Assembly (NCBI GenBank): GCA_002422025.1
Contig: DISV01000005.1
Coordinates: 136,834-200,833, forward strand
Length of the DNA stretch: 64,000 nucleotides
Direction of reading: 5' to 3'
Source: Patescibacteria group bacterium UBA6201
GTDB taxonomy: Bacteria; Patescibacteriota; Minisyncoccia; Phycocordibacterales; UBA918
Shown here: positions 19,119 to 28,086 of the stretch, piece after piece
Layout of the letters: each line of letters starts with the position of its first letter
Position numbering within the stretch: the first letter of the stretch is position 1
Translations under genes and position numbers: made by a program
Notes under the pieces: model-generated
Databases searched by the model: none
What the model saw: the letters and a program-made list of their open reading frames with translations, nothing else
Told to the model about the DNA's origin: nothing

Positions 19119-20066
19119 TTAATCTTTTACTATTACTTTCGTACCTATCTCCGCCCAATCATATAGTTTACGTGCCATATCGGATGGCAGGTTTACACAG
19201 CCGTGGGAGTAACGTGAGCCAAAGCTAGTGTGCCAGTACGCACCGTGTATCACTGCCCCACCGTGAGTGAAGTAAAGATTCCAAGGTACACCTGGTAAGT
19301 CGTAATATTGGTCAGAAGGCAGTCCTGGCAAGGGTCCTTGCATATAACGGCTGGGTGTTTTTCTAAAGATGGTGAATGTCCCTCGTGGAGTGGGAGTGAG
19401 TTCTAATCCAGTTGAAATATCTGTTTCCATAAATAACTCCCCGTCCTCATAAGCGTAGAGTTTTTGTTCACCTCGATTTACAGTAATCTCCTTTTTAGTG
19501 CTAGAGGCATGGTCGTTGTCCTCTATGGTTTTTATCCCTTCGTCCCATAAAACCTCCACGTAGTCCGCCGATATGTACCAGTCACTCTTCACTCTTTCTG
19601 GATAGCGAAGCCACTCATCAAATATAATTTTGAACCAAGTTTCACCATCTCTGGTTACTTTACCTCCTACCTTTAGTACGATGTCGTTTCTTAAATGGGA
19701 TACGACCGGATAGTCAGTACCTGGACCGGACCGGACATTTAAGCACTCACCTTCAAAGTGTGGACCACATCCGTTGATTACCTCCACATATTCAAATAGC
19801 ACTTTTTCAACTGGCAGTGTCTCCTCTATTTTGGTGGAAGTAGACGAACTAATAATAACTGCCTCCTCATCTTGAAGAAATGGTGAAGGAGGTGCTTCGT
19901 AATAACTTTCTGATCCAGACTGATTGTCATCACTTGATGGTTTGTTGTATTCAATTGTACCGGTCAGAAACATCCAAAGACCAAATAAAATAATTGTGCC
20001 GAACAGTAATAAAGCTCCGGTTAGTGACAGCGTTACTCTTCGATGATGTTTTCTGGTGACATGCAT
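19119..20066 (-). CDS. L,D-transpeptidase with SH3-like domain
   Basis: LNVRSGPG (SH3b); TPRG.F, IHGAYWH...SHGCVN (YkuD). Confidence 0.9.
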   Translation of the reverse strand: MHVTRKHHRRVTLSLTGALLLFGTIILFGLWMFLTGTIEYNKPSSDDNQSGSESYYEAPPSPFLQDEEAVIISSSTSTKIEETLPVEKVLFEYVEVINGCGPHFEGECLNVRSGPGTDYPVVSHLRNDIVLKVGGKVTRDGETWFKIIFDEWLRYPERVKSDWYISADYVEVLWDEGIKTIEDNDHASSTKKEITVNRGEQKLYAYEDGELFMETDISTGLELTPTPRGTFTIFRKTPSRYMQGPLPGLPSDQYYDLPGVPWNLYFTHGGAVIHGAYWHTSFGSRYSHGCVNLPSDMARKLYDWAEIGTKVIVKD

Positions 20067-20162
20067 ACCTTAATATAATAGAGTATATAAGCACGAAATA
20101 CGGTTATACAACAATTATGCACGACCGTTTGGGCGGTTGGATTAGCTGTACGCTATAATTTA

Positions 20163-20729
20163 ATGATGAAAAACTCACCTTTGGAGTTAAAGGAACAGGC
20201 TCTCAAGGAGCTACAAAAGCGTGTGGAGAAGTTGAATTCTAAATCCGCAACAAAGAAGAAAGCGGAAATCGGTGATGAATTCATAGATATAAAAGTCGAG
20301 AAGTCACAGACTGGGTTCAAAAGAATAAAAGTTCCTGGTGAGCGTGACATTGGTCATGGCGAGTTTTTTCTCCTTCTAAACATCACTGCTTTGAAGGAAG
20401 ATATATACATTCCCCTTTCCATCGCTTCAGGCAAGAAGGCAACTGGTTTTATATATCACATTGAAGGTACTGCTGAAGGCACCATATATACGACCAATCT
20501 GTCCGCTCGAGGTGACGGTATAACTAAGATAACTCTGGGTACACTCTTGTATGTAAAGATTCCAGCCGGAAAGGTGGCGGATTTCCGTATGCTTATAGAA
20601 ATCAGAGGTGGAACTAGCAAAGAATATAAAGTAGTCATCAACCGCATTAACTACAAATTGAATCCAAGTGACGCCAGGTACAAACGGCTGGATGTAGAAA
20701 TCAACTCGAAGGTTTTGAAGTTTTTGTGA
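20163..20729 (+). CDS. Hypothetical protein
   Basis: 188-aa ORF filling the intergenic space; TATAAT directly upstream. Confidence 0.65.
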   Translation: MMKNSPLELKEQALKELQKRVEKLNSKSATKKKAEIGDEFIDIKVEKSQTGFKRIKVPGERDIGHGEFFLLLNITALKEDIYIPLSIASGKKATGFIYHIEGTAEGTIYTTNLSARGDGITKITLGTLLYVKIPAGKVADFRMLIEIRGGTSKEYKVVINRINYKLNPSDARYKRLDVEINSKVLKFL

Positions 20730-20937
20730 GTTTTAACCTGTCCTCTTGTTAGAGTTTTTCAATCTTTGAATCTATTTGACTATAGCTCGCCTGATTTACT
20801 CTATACACATTGACTCCTCTGTAATGGCGCCATTTTGTACCTGTGGTACGCAGCCAATCGCTCGAAATGAAAAGCTTAGCTTCTCATGTCACTGCCATGA
20901 TAAGATTGTTTTAATAAGTAATTTCTAATATTTTGAT

Positions 20938-21699
20938 ATGTTCGATTTAACAGGAAAGGTGGCACTAGTTACGGGGGCACGGAGAGGTATGGGTAAGGCA
21001 GAGGCTATCGCGCTGGCACGACAGGGAGCGTTTGTGGCTGTGACGGACATCAACCATGCAGAGTGCTTGGAGGTTGTGAGGGAAATTGAAGAGTTCGGTG
21101 GAACTGCCGAAGCTTACGAACTTGATGTATCTAGTGTGCAACAGATAGAGGAGGTATTTAACTCAGTGGTTGCCCGCTTCGGTGCGCTCGATATTTTGGT
21201 AAATAATGCGGGCATCTTTGCGCCGAAGCTCTCGGAGGATATGACTGAAGAGGATTGGAACCGCACACTGACAATTAATCTCAAGGGACAATTTTTCTGC
21301 GCCCAACGCGCTGCCAAGGAAATGTCGAAACGAAATTGGGGAAGAATTATTAACATCGCTTCTGTTGCTTCAGGTCAGACAGGGGTCGGAGTTGCCGGAG
21401 GCGTGCACTATACAGCTTCAAAGGGTGGTGTTGCTGGTATGACTGAAGCCCTTGCTATTGAGCTTGCTCCTAAAGGCATTATGGTCAATGCGGTCGGTCC
21501 AGGTGCGATTGATACGCCGATGGTATCGAACGCTGGTTTAACCGATGAGGCCCTCCGGGTAATGCTTGAGAAAATTCCCCTTAAACGCATGGGTAGACCT
21601 GAAGAGATTGCCGCTGCTGTCGTGTTCCTTGCGTCAGAGGAGGCGAGTTATGTGACAGGTACCATGCTTTACGTGGATGGTGGCTGGCTGGCAGCCTGA
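20938..21699 (+). CDS. SDR family oxidoreductase (FabG-like)
   Basis: TGARRGMG, NNAG, YTASK and VDGG motifs. Confidence 0.92.
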   Translation: MFDLTGKVALVTGARRGMGKAEAIALARQGAFVAVTDINHAECLEVVREIEEFGGTAEAYELDVSSVQQIEEVFNSVVARFGALDILVNNAGIFAPKLSEDMTEEDWNRTLTINLKGQFFCAQRAAKEMSKRNWGRIINIASVASGQTGVGVAGGVHYTASKGGVAGMTEALAIELAPKGIMVNAVGPGAIDTPMVSNAGLTDEALRVMLEKIPLKRMGRPEEIAAAVVFLASEEASYVTGTMLYVDGGWLAA

Positions 21700-21818
21700 T
21701 GAGGTATGGGGCAAGTCTTTGAATTTTGACATAACATTCCCCAAAATTGTTACTCCCCAGGAGCATATGAAAAAGACCCGCTAGAGAGGGTCTTTTTTTA
21801 TATGCTTCACGCCTGGGT

Positions 21819-21876
21819 GGATGTGAAAACTTTTTATATAATTGAAAAGACCCCTTGATGTTATCGCTGGGATCTT
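21819..21876 (+). repeat. Direct repeat copy 1 (~58 bp)
   Basis: ggatgtgaaaactttttatataattgaaaagaccccttgatgttatcgctgggatctt, similar to 22158-22215. Confidence 0.8.
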
Positions 21877-21897
21877 TCTGGGTTAGCTCTATTAGAT

Positions 21898-22023
21898 CTA
21901 CTTCTTTCCTCCGCGCCCCGCCTTCTTTGCCAGCATTTCTTTTTTTGCTTCTAAACGTTTCTTTGATTTATATGGACGTTTAGAGGTGTTCTTTTTTGGA
22001 CTCAATGCAATTATTCGTGACAT
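21898..22023 (-). CDS. 41-aa highly basic protein
   Basis: MSRIIALSPKKNTSKRPYKSKKRLEAKKEMLAKKAGRGGKK; -10-like TATACT just upstream. Confidence 0.5.
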   Translation of the reverse strand: MSRIIALSPKKNTSKRPYKSKKRLEAKKEMLAKKAGRGGKK

Positions 22024-22157
22024 GACCACTAGTATATATTAATTTTGATTAGTAGTTAAGATGTTGTAGATAATAGATTGTTTCCCCGCTCGCAGTCTGG
22101 GCGACCAATTTTTAACGACCGGAGGGAAGTATAAAAATGGAAGTACTCTTGTGGTGA

Positions 22158-22215
22158 GGATGTGAGAACTTTTTATATAAAAGAAAAGACCCCTTGATGT
22201 TATCGTTGGGGCCTT
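22158..22215 (+). repeat. Direct repeat copy 2 (~58 bp)
   Basis: ggatgtgagaactttttatataaaagaaaagaccccttgatgttatcgttggggcctt. Confidence 0.8.
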
Positions 22216-22241
22216 GTGTAGGCTGTGTCGACAATGGTGTG

Positions 22242-22436
22242 CTACTGCACGACCTCGACCTTTTCATTGGGGTCAAGTTCTTCAACCGTCCCGTCGCCGA
22301 GCCAGCTCTTACCGTCTTCGCTGAGCTTTGTCTTAATGTGGAAGCGCTCGTTAAGCTTGATGTAGAGCTGTCCGTTGGGGCGTCGATAGACGGCCTTGTG
22401 CTTGCCAGTAGCTTCGAGTTCACCGATTGTTGCCAT
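22242..22436 (-). CDS. 64-aa GC-rich orphan protein
   Basis: GGAGG SD 6 nt before ATG 22436; own TTGACA-17-TATTGT promoter. Confidence 0.65.
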   Translation of the reverse strand: MATIGELEATGKHKAVYRRPNGQLYIKLNERFHIKTKLSEDGKSWLGDGTVEELDPNEKVEVVQ

Positions 22437-22480
22437 AGTAGTCCTCCGTTGACAAAAGTGTAGGGTCTGGTTCAGGAAGA

Positions 22481-22509
22481 ACAATAGCACACATAGTGTG
22501 CTATGTCAA
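22481..22509 (-). promoter_or_regulatory. Sigma70 promoter with palindromic spacer (candidate operator)
   Basis: TTGACA-17-TATTGT; IR atagcacac-ata-gtgtgctat at 22484-22504. Confidence 0.6.
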
Positions 22510-22511
22510 AT

Positions 22512-22697
22512 ATGTTCCGCGGGCAGGAATTTCTCTCTTACAGAGCAGTACACCTTTTGGATTTTCTTTTCACAAGCTCAAGAAAATCTCAAAAGGTCTT
22601 CGAATCCTGACACAACAGTCCCCCGGACTGTTGTTCCCGCGGAGCATTAAAAGTAAAGACCACACTTGCGTGTGGCCTAAACTTTTATATGCTCCGC
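22512..22697. repeat. tRNA-Asn 3'-end-derived fold-back element and former tRNA trailer/terminator
   Basis: Copies of the tRNA-Asn 3' end at 22516-22528 (same orientation as the gene) and at ~22599-22646 (inverted, interrupted by a hairpin); GGCCACAC-GCAA-GTGTGGTC plus U-tract on the minus strand. Confidence 0.7.
22691..22697 (+). mobile_element. Distal attachment site core GCTCCGC
   Basis: Identical to 36427-36433; flanked on the left by the tRNA trailer/terminator and on the right by an in-frame integrase tail. Confidence 0.7.
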
Positions 22698-22799
22698 TGG
22701 TTGGATACATTTAGAACTCTTAACTGGAGTCAAATAAGGCAAGATTTTATATTTTCAGGAGTGTCTAATGTATTTCCTGATCTGGTACTTGAAAACTAA
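22698..22799 (+). other. Detached 3' segment of the serine recombinase gene (33 codons plus TAA)
   Basis: In the same CTC CGC frame as the integrase: WLDTFRTLNWSQIRQDFIFSGVSNVFPDLVLEN*. Confidence 0.65.
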
Positions 22800-22823
22800 T
22801 TTCTATCTTTTAGTAAGCAATTC

Positions 22824-24299
22824 TTAATCTTCAGTCCGCTTTCTTATTTTCTCGTGTTCGATAATAGACCAGTAAGGTTCTGTAAACTTATCTCCCTCTA
22901 CGTCTTGTAAAGCTTCCATCTGTTCGTCAGGAAGTTCTTTTACAATATCCTCAAGATATTTTATGAAATCCTCCTTTTCACTTAAAGAAAATATTTTAGT
23001 ATCAAATTCACTCAACCTTAAATATTTAGGGGTGTTTTTAGGAAGTTCTCTCAGAAGTCTAGCAGATTGTTTGTCTACAAACATTGCATCACAGTATGGC
23101 AAGTAGCTGGATATAAATTGAACGTCAACAGTAGATTTTGGGACTTTCTTTTCTCCGAGTGATGCGGTGCGAGCAAGACCTGCAAACATTACGGAACTTA
23201 TTTTTAAATAAGGAACTTCTAAAAGTGCCTCTGCATCTCTTAAATACCTACCAATAACTTCTGGTAGATCTTCATCTGACAATCCATTTACTCGAGCAAC
23301 TCTCATCAAGGCTTCCATAAGCTCACTTGCAGGGGGTGGGATTATGTCGTCAATATCTAACTTATATGAAGGGTCTGTTGCCATACGTTGCATTGCGACA
23401 ACTCTTCGCTTTACAAAATCTTGCATAACTTGCATCGTACCCTTACCAAGACCAAGAACTTCTTCTTTCGCTCTTGCTTCAAAATCAACGGTTTCTTCTT
23501 GCCACCTTTTCCATATTTCATTTAATTGTTGTTCTGTTGAAGCATTAACTTTCTTCAAGTTTTCCAATTCGTCAGGTCGTGGAGGACCACCAACTGATAC
23601 TCTGAGACCGATTTCCCACTCATTTAAATCTTGTCCAAACGCAATCTCTTGGGGGTTAAATGTAAAAGTTGATTTCCTTTCATTTAACCAATCCTCAAAG
23701 TGGTGCTGGATCTGAAAGCGTTCCACTACAGAGCTTGGATATAACGTCTTTCCGTGTGAAAAATGCTCATAAAGTCGTCTGGCTAAATAAAAATCAATAC
23801 CGCCAGTACTTGATTCATCCTTATGATAAAAACTGTCAGGACACACAAGGGCTTGTGATTTTGATGCTTTTTCTAACGCTATAAACAAGTCTTTCCAAAA
23901 TTGACCAAAGGGTCCGTTCTTCACTCTTTCGTGACTTGGGTGTGAAGTATCCAGTAATTTTATTAAATTACTAATAACAAACTGATCCAAGTAAACTACT
24001 TTTTTCTTCTTAAGCTTGGGTAATTTTATATGTTCTTCGTGGTGGCATTCCGTACATTCACGAGTATATGAATTACTACCAGAGATTGGCGAAAAAACAC
24101 CAAATGCTTTTGGTCGCTTGCAAGAAGGACAGTTCTTATATGGACCAGAGATTAGATCGTTTCTTGTGAATGAAACTACAGTTTTCTTACCACTTCTGAC
24201 CAGATCCCAACAACACTTCTTAAATTTTATCGATTTACCCGTCTCGTCAGTTTTTCCACAAGGACAGGGCTCATTTCTTCCTACTTTAACTTTTTTCAT
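22824..24299 (-). CDS. SEC-C + Zn-ribbon + PIN-like domain protein
   Basis: GRNEPCPCG..KFKKCC; CxxC..CxxC; VYLDQFVIS and DVQFISSYLPYCDAMFVDK (PIN-like acidic residues). Confidence 0.65.
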   Translation of the reverse strand: MKKVKVGRNEPCPCGKTDETGKSIKFKKCCWDLVRSGKKTVVSFTRNDLISGPYKNCPSCKRPKAFGVFSPISGSNSYTRECTECHHEEHIKLPKLKKKKVVYLDQFVISNLIKLLDTSHPSHERVKNGPFGQFWKDLFIALEKASKSQALVCPDSFYHKDESSTGGIDFYLARRLYEHFSHGKTLYPSSVVERFQIQHHFEDWLNERKSTFTFNPQEIAFGQDLNEWEIGLRVSVGGPPRPDELENLKKVNASTEQQLNEIWKRWQEETVDFEARAKEEVLGLGKGTMQVMQDFVKRRVVAMQRMATDPSYKLDIDDIIPPPASELMEALMRVARVNGLSDEDLPEVIGRYLRDAEALLEVPYLKISSVMFAGLARTASLGEKKVPKSTVDVQFISSYLPYCDAMFVDKQSARLLRELPKNTPKYLRLSEFDTKIFSLSEKEDFIKYLEDIVKELPDEQMEALQDVEGDKFTEPYWSIIEHEKIRKRTED

Positions 24300-24346
24300 A
24301 CTTATCAATAGCGTACATATGATGTAAACTAAAGTAAAGAATAATT

Positions 24347-25846
24347 ATGGTAAATGTCATAAAAAAGAAAAGGCTTCCTTGGATCGATGACCCTAGAAAA
24401 GGTGTCTATATCGATGATGGTGCACTTTTTGTTTTACACTTAATCGCCAATGGTCTCCTTGCTCGCATTGGTTCTGATAATTTTGCGTTGACTATGAGAA
24501 CTCCGATCGAATGGAGTCACGAAGAAATGCTCAAATTTCTGATCAAGGTTTCAGAAGAATATGGTTTTGAGCTTTCTGACTTCTCTACAATGACCTATGC
24601 CTTCACTGAGGATTACGAGAAAGATCTTTTTGATCCCAAGACTAGAACAATACTCCCTGAATACGAGGATGTGTTTCAAAAGTATTTAAAAGAAGTAGAT
24701 GAATTTGAAAAATACAAAAAAGATAATGGTCTTGAGGATCACGGTCCTTTACCGCCTACAAAGGGTAAGAAATTTTATTTACCGCCACAGCTTCCTAAGG
24801 TTTACGAAGGTGGTTATAAGTGGGCACTTGATCAGATTGAAGCTGATACCGAAAAAGGAAAGCTTTTTAAGCGAATTTTTGATGATCAGTTTGGATTAGA
24901 GGATCTGGAACAGATTTTTAAAATGAATCACGTTATTTTAGCGTGGAATGAACCAGAAGACTCTGACAATTATTATCAAAAACAAATAACCGATTCCATT
25001 ATTCACTGGACCTCCTTCAGCGTTGATCCTCCAGAGAGGATAAGGAAGCAGATGCTTAAAGATGTTAATGCTTACTTGAAACTATTTATGACTGATAAGC
25101 TTGGTCCAAATAGAGGCAACAGGAGGGCTCGAGGTGCGTCTGTTATGGAAAGTAGAAACATATACACCTTCAAGAAGCACAAGGATATGTTTCTTGAATA
25201 TTTGGTTGATATGAAAAATCAATTTGGGAATGATCTGACATTTACCGATCCTTTTGATGAGTATCCACTTGAGTCAGATACCGATGCAGAAGAAGTAAAA
25301 GAACGATATAAAAATAGAAAGTTTCTCTTTCTTCATACTCTTTTTGCCTTTGAATATATGGGATGTATAAGAATCCGAGGTCTTGGCAGTAACTGGGATT
25401 GGCGTCGTGATGATCCTACGCAATACGAAGTTGGCTTAACTGTGATCAATCTACAAAAAGCAGTTGATCCTATAGGTGGCAATCAATCAGTAAAATCTAT
25501 CGATCCAATTGTGGTTATAGAAAAAGGTAAGGGTTATATAAAGCTCCACAAGAACGGTCAAAAAATACCGATTGGCACAATTACCAGTAGAAAGTTTCGA
25601 TTAGTAAATATTCTCATTGATCCGTTAGGAACTGCTCGAACTGTAGATAGTATTTTTGATGCTATCAGATTGGAAAAAGACGACGCTGATTCTAGACTTA
25701 AAGATCCATATTTAGCAAAACAAAGGAAAGTTGACATCATTAACTTTGCTTTAAAGGAACTACAGAAGACCAAAGGCTTGAAAGGAAAAGTATCAATCAA
25801 ATACCTCAAAGATAATCAAAGTGCCTATCTTGAACTAACCGTCTAA
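24347..25846 (+). CDS. Hypothetical protein, possible C-terminal winged helix
   Basis: 499-aa ORF divergent from the PIN-like gene; basic C-terminus with a helix/wing pattern. Confidence 0.65.
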   Translation: MVNVIKKKRLPWIDDPRKGVYIDDGALFVLHLIANGLLARIGSDNFALTMRTPIEWSHEEMLKFLIKVSEEYGFELSDFSTMTYAFTEDYEKDLFDPKTRTILPEYEDVFQKYLKEVDEFEKYKKDNGLEDHGPLPPTKGKKFYLPPQLPKVYEGGYKWALDQIEADTEKGKLFKRIFDDQFGLEDLEQIFKMNHVILAWNEPEDSDNYYQKQITDSIIHWTSFSVDPPERIRKQMLKDVNAYLKLFMTDKLGPNRGNRRARGASVMESRNIYTFKKHKDMFLEYLVDMKNQFGNDLTFTDPFDEYPLESDTDAEEVKERYKNRKFLFLHTLFAFEYMGCIRIRGLGSNWDWRRDDPTQYEVGLTVINLQKAVDPIGGNQSVKSIDPIVVIEKGKGYIKLHKNGQKIPIGTITSRKFRLVNILIDPLGTARTVDSIFDAIRLEKDDADSRLKDPYLAKQRKVDIINFALKELQKTKGLKGKVSIKYLKDNQSAYLELTV

Positions 25847-26130
25847 GAGGGTTCAAAAACTTATTCAAAAAATAGTTTGAAGGTCGTAATCAAAACGGCC
25901 TTATTTTTATTTACTTTTCTTGTCTATCAGGCAGGAAAAACCCTCTCAAACCCTCTACTAACCTTGAAGTTAGAGGGTTTATTACATTTGGAATGTGCAA
26001 ACGAATCAAGAAAAAGAAATTACTGAGGTGAACCAGAGCAATGATAACCTCATTGGTTTCTTTTCGATTTTGATGCAGGTCGATAAAAGAATTAATCCTC
26101 ATAACTATACCGATGAATCGGAAGAAGAAG

Positions 26131-27267
26131 ATGATTGATACCATAATCCTAACAATTCCGAGAGAACAGATCAGAATGCTTAGTCCAGACGGACGGTATA
26201 TTCCAGCGTGGGATCTACATAGCAAAACAAGCAACTACACAAAGTATGTTAAGAACCCGACTCCGTATGATCGCAAAAATGAAATATATAGACCTCGACT
26301 GACAGGAGTGAAAAGAAGAGTTCGTGGAAACTTTTACAGCTCATTTCTTAAAATTGAGTTTTCAGTACCTAAACTAATATTCGGCAATAACTTAAACGAG
26401 CTTAGCGAATCAGACTTCTCGAAAGTACTCAACACTCTTAAGGAGCGACTAATTGAAGTAGGAGTCTTAGTCTCTGATAAAGACTTACGACAAGCCACTG
26501 TCTCCACTGTTCACTTTGGGAAAAACATTGAGCTTCGTGACGGATATACAGCTTCCTTTGTCACAAAAGAATTATCTAAGATCAATATCAACAAAAAATT
26601 TGATCTAAGTAAAACTAGTTTTAGAAATGACGGTCAGTCCTTGCAAGGGTATACGATGGCACATTCAGTTGTCTTTTATGACAAGGTGTCTGATTTAGGA
26701 AAGAGTAAAAAAAGAGCTATCGACAAAGACCAAGTTCCAAATCAGTTGAGTCTCTTCTCTGGCATTAAAGCAAATACACCAAGTCTTGAGATTCTAAGAT
26801 TTGAGGTCCGCTTGTGTCAGAAGCAAAAGCTTAATGGTGTCTTACGAAAAATTGGTTTCGAAAAAGATCCAACTTTTGAAGATATTTTTACAGCTGAACT
26901 ATGGAAGAAGGCACTCCATTTTTATTGGGATCAAATGATCAAGAACGAAAACTTGTTTCTTTTCAGCAACAAAACTGAGCCTAAGGAACTATTGCAGGAC
27001 CTACTTAAAAAGCACCCGAACTCAAAGGCAAAAGAATATATATTTCTCGTTGGGCTTGATGCTTTATGCAAAAGCAAAGGCGGAATTAGAGATCTGAGAT
27101 CAATTTTAGAAACAAAAGTCAGTCAACGAAGTTGGTACAGGATCAATGATGGAATCAAAAGGCTTAATAAGGCCACTAGTAAAAGGAAGGTCTCTGACTG
27201 GGTTAAGCAAATTGAGGATAGTTTGAATGAGTTCAAGCCGTATCGCATAAAACCAAAACCACCTTAA
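26131..27267 (+). CDS. Rolling-circle replication initiator (Rep_trans / phage CRI gpII-X-like)
   Basis: MIDTI, IEFSVPKLIFGNN, VHFGKN, VFYDK (putative catalytic Tyr) and ILRFEVR motifs. Confidence 0.72.
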   Translation: MIDTIILTIPREQIRMLSPDGRYIPAWDLHSKTSNYTKYVKNPTPYDRKNEIYRPRLTGVKRRVRGNFYSSFLKIEFSVPKLIFGNNLNELSESDFSKVLNTLKERLIEVGVLVSDKDLRQATVSTVHFGKNIELRDGYTASFVTKELSKININKKFDLSKTSFRNDGQSLQGYTMAHSVVFYDKVSDLGKSKKRAIDKDQVPNQLSLFSGIKANTPSLEILRFEVRLCQKQKLNGVLRKIGFEKDPTFEDIFTAELWKKALHFYWDQMIKNENLFLFSNKTEPKELLQDLLKKHPNSKAKEYIFLVGLDALCKSKGGIRDLRSILETKVSQRSWYRINDGIKRLNKATSKRKVSDWVKQIEDSLNEFKPYRIKPKPP

Positions 27268-27307
27268 AGTCAGATCTCATTCTTATTAAAAATTAATCAC
27301 CTGAAAT

Positions 27308-27622
27308 ATGGCATTACTTAAAAACTATTTTGAAAAGTGTAAGCAAGACTCACCGATTGTCTATGTAATAACAGCAGAGATGGTCCAAAATCTTGCAGAA
27401 GCAAACCTCGATAGAAAACTGACAGAAAAAGAAATTGAAAGACTTCATTACTCAATGCTTGAAGCTGACAAGCCTAGCTGGCATTTGATGGAGTTTATGA
27501 TCGCTTCCGCAGAGGATGCGATGGATGAAGAAAATAACGATTGGTCAGGTATAGATGAGCTGTACGAGAATCGTAAACATTCGTACTGGCTTGGAGATTA
27601 TTCAATAGGTAACGAAAAATAA
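27308..27622 (+). CDS. Hypothetical acidic protein
   Basis: ORF in the Rep operon. Confidence 0.6.
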   Translation: MALLKNYFEKCKQDSPIVYVITAEMVQNLAEANLDRKLTEKEIERLHYSMLEADKPSWHLMEFMIASAEDAMDEENNDWSGIDELYENRKHSYWLGDYSIGNEK

Positions 27623-27626
27623 AACT

Positions 27627-28040
27627 ATGAAAAAGAACAATAAAAATAAAGGTGCTGTAGTACGAAATATATCAAGCAGAATAAAAGATATTTTTAGAGA
27701 TTATGAAAGACAAAAACTTTCTGAATCGATCAAGCAAGGTCTAAGGATGAAAAGGATTCGTGAGTTTGAGTTTCAGTTTGGTCTTGCAAAACACGATGAA
27801 TTACCGCAAGAGTTTGTGGATCGAGTTAAGAAATATAAGGCTATACTTAAAGATGTTGAAAAATCTACGGTCGAAGAAGCCCTTGATAACTTTAAGCGAG
27901 ATATGTATCCGCATACAGAACTAATTGTTTGGGAATGTATAGCAAAACATTATCAAAAAATTACAAAGGCCAATCCAGACTTAACACCGAAAGAGAAGAA
28001 GGATCTCTTCACAGAAGCCTTAATTCACACACTGGGATAG
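27627..28040 (+). CDS. Hypothetical protein with resolvase helix-E-like segment
   Basis: ORF in the Rep operon; DYERQKLSESIKQGL. Confidence 0.55.
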   Translation: MKKNNKNKGAVVRNISSRIKDIFRDYERQKLSESIKQGLRMKRIREFEFQFGLAKHDELPQEFVDRVKKYKAILKDVEKSTVEEALDNFKRDMYPHTELIVWECIAKHYQKITKANPDLTPKEKKDLFTEALIHTLG

Positions 28041-28045
28041 TGAAT

Positions 28046-28074
28046 TTGTCTTGTAAAGCATTGTCAAGTATAAT
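28046..28074 (+). promoter_or_regulatory. Sigma70 promoter of the HTH-helicase-MTase-integrase operon
   Basis: TTGTCT-17-TATAAT. Confidence 0.55.
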
Positions 28075-28086
28075 AACATTAAGCCT

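Noticed and set aside
21750-22250. CRISPR array
   Set aside because: Only two imperfect ~58-bp repeats 339 bp apart, and no cas genes
22516-22528. 13-bp match to the tRNA-Asn 3' end as the boundary of the 13.7-kb element
   Set aside because: It is longer than the 7-bp core but belongs to the fold-back trailer. The 22691 site better explains the data because it restores the tRNA terminator and gives an in-frame integrase tail. Not fully excluded without an empty-site genome.
22512-22647. Possible additional tRNA gene (TCCGCGG...TTCGAATCC...CCGCGGAG)
   Set aside because: No D-arm or anticodon arm, and a hairpin separates the T-arm from the acceptor strand
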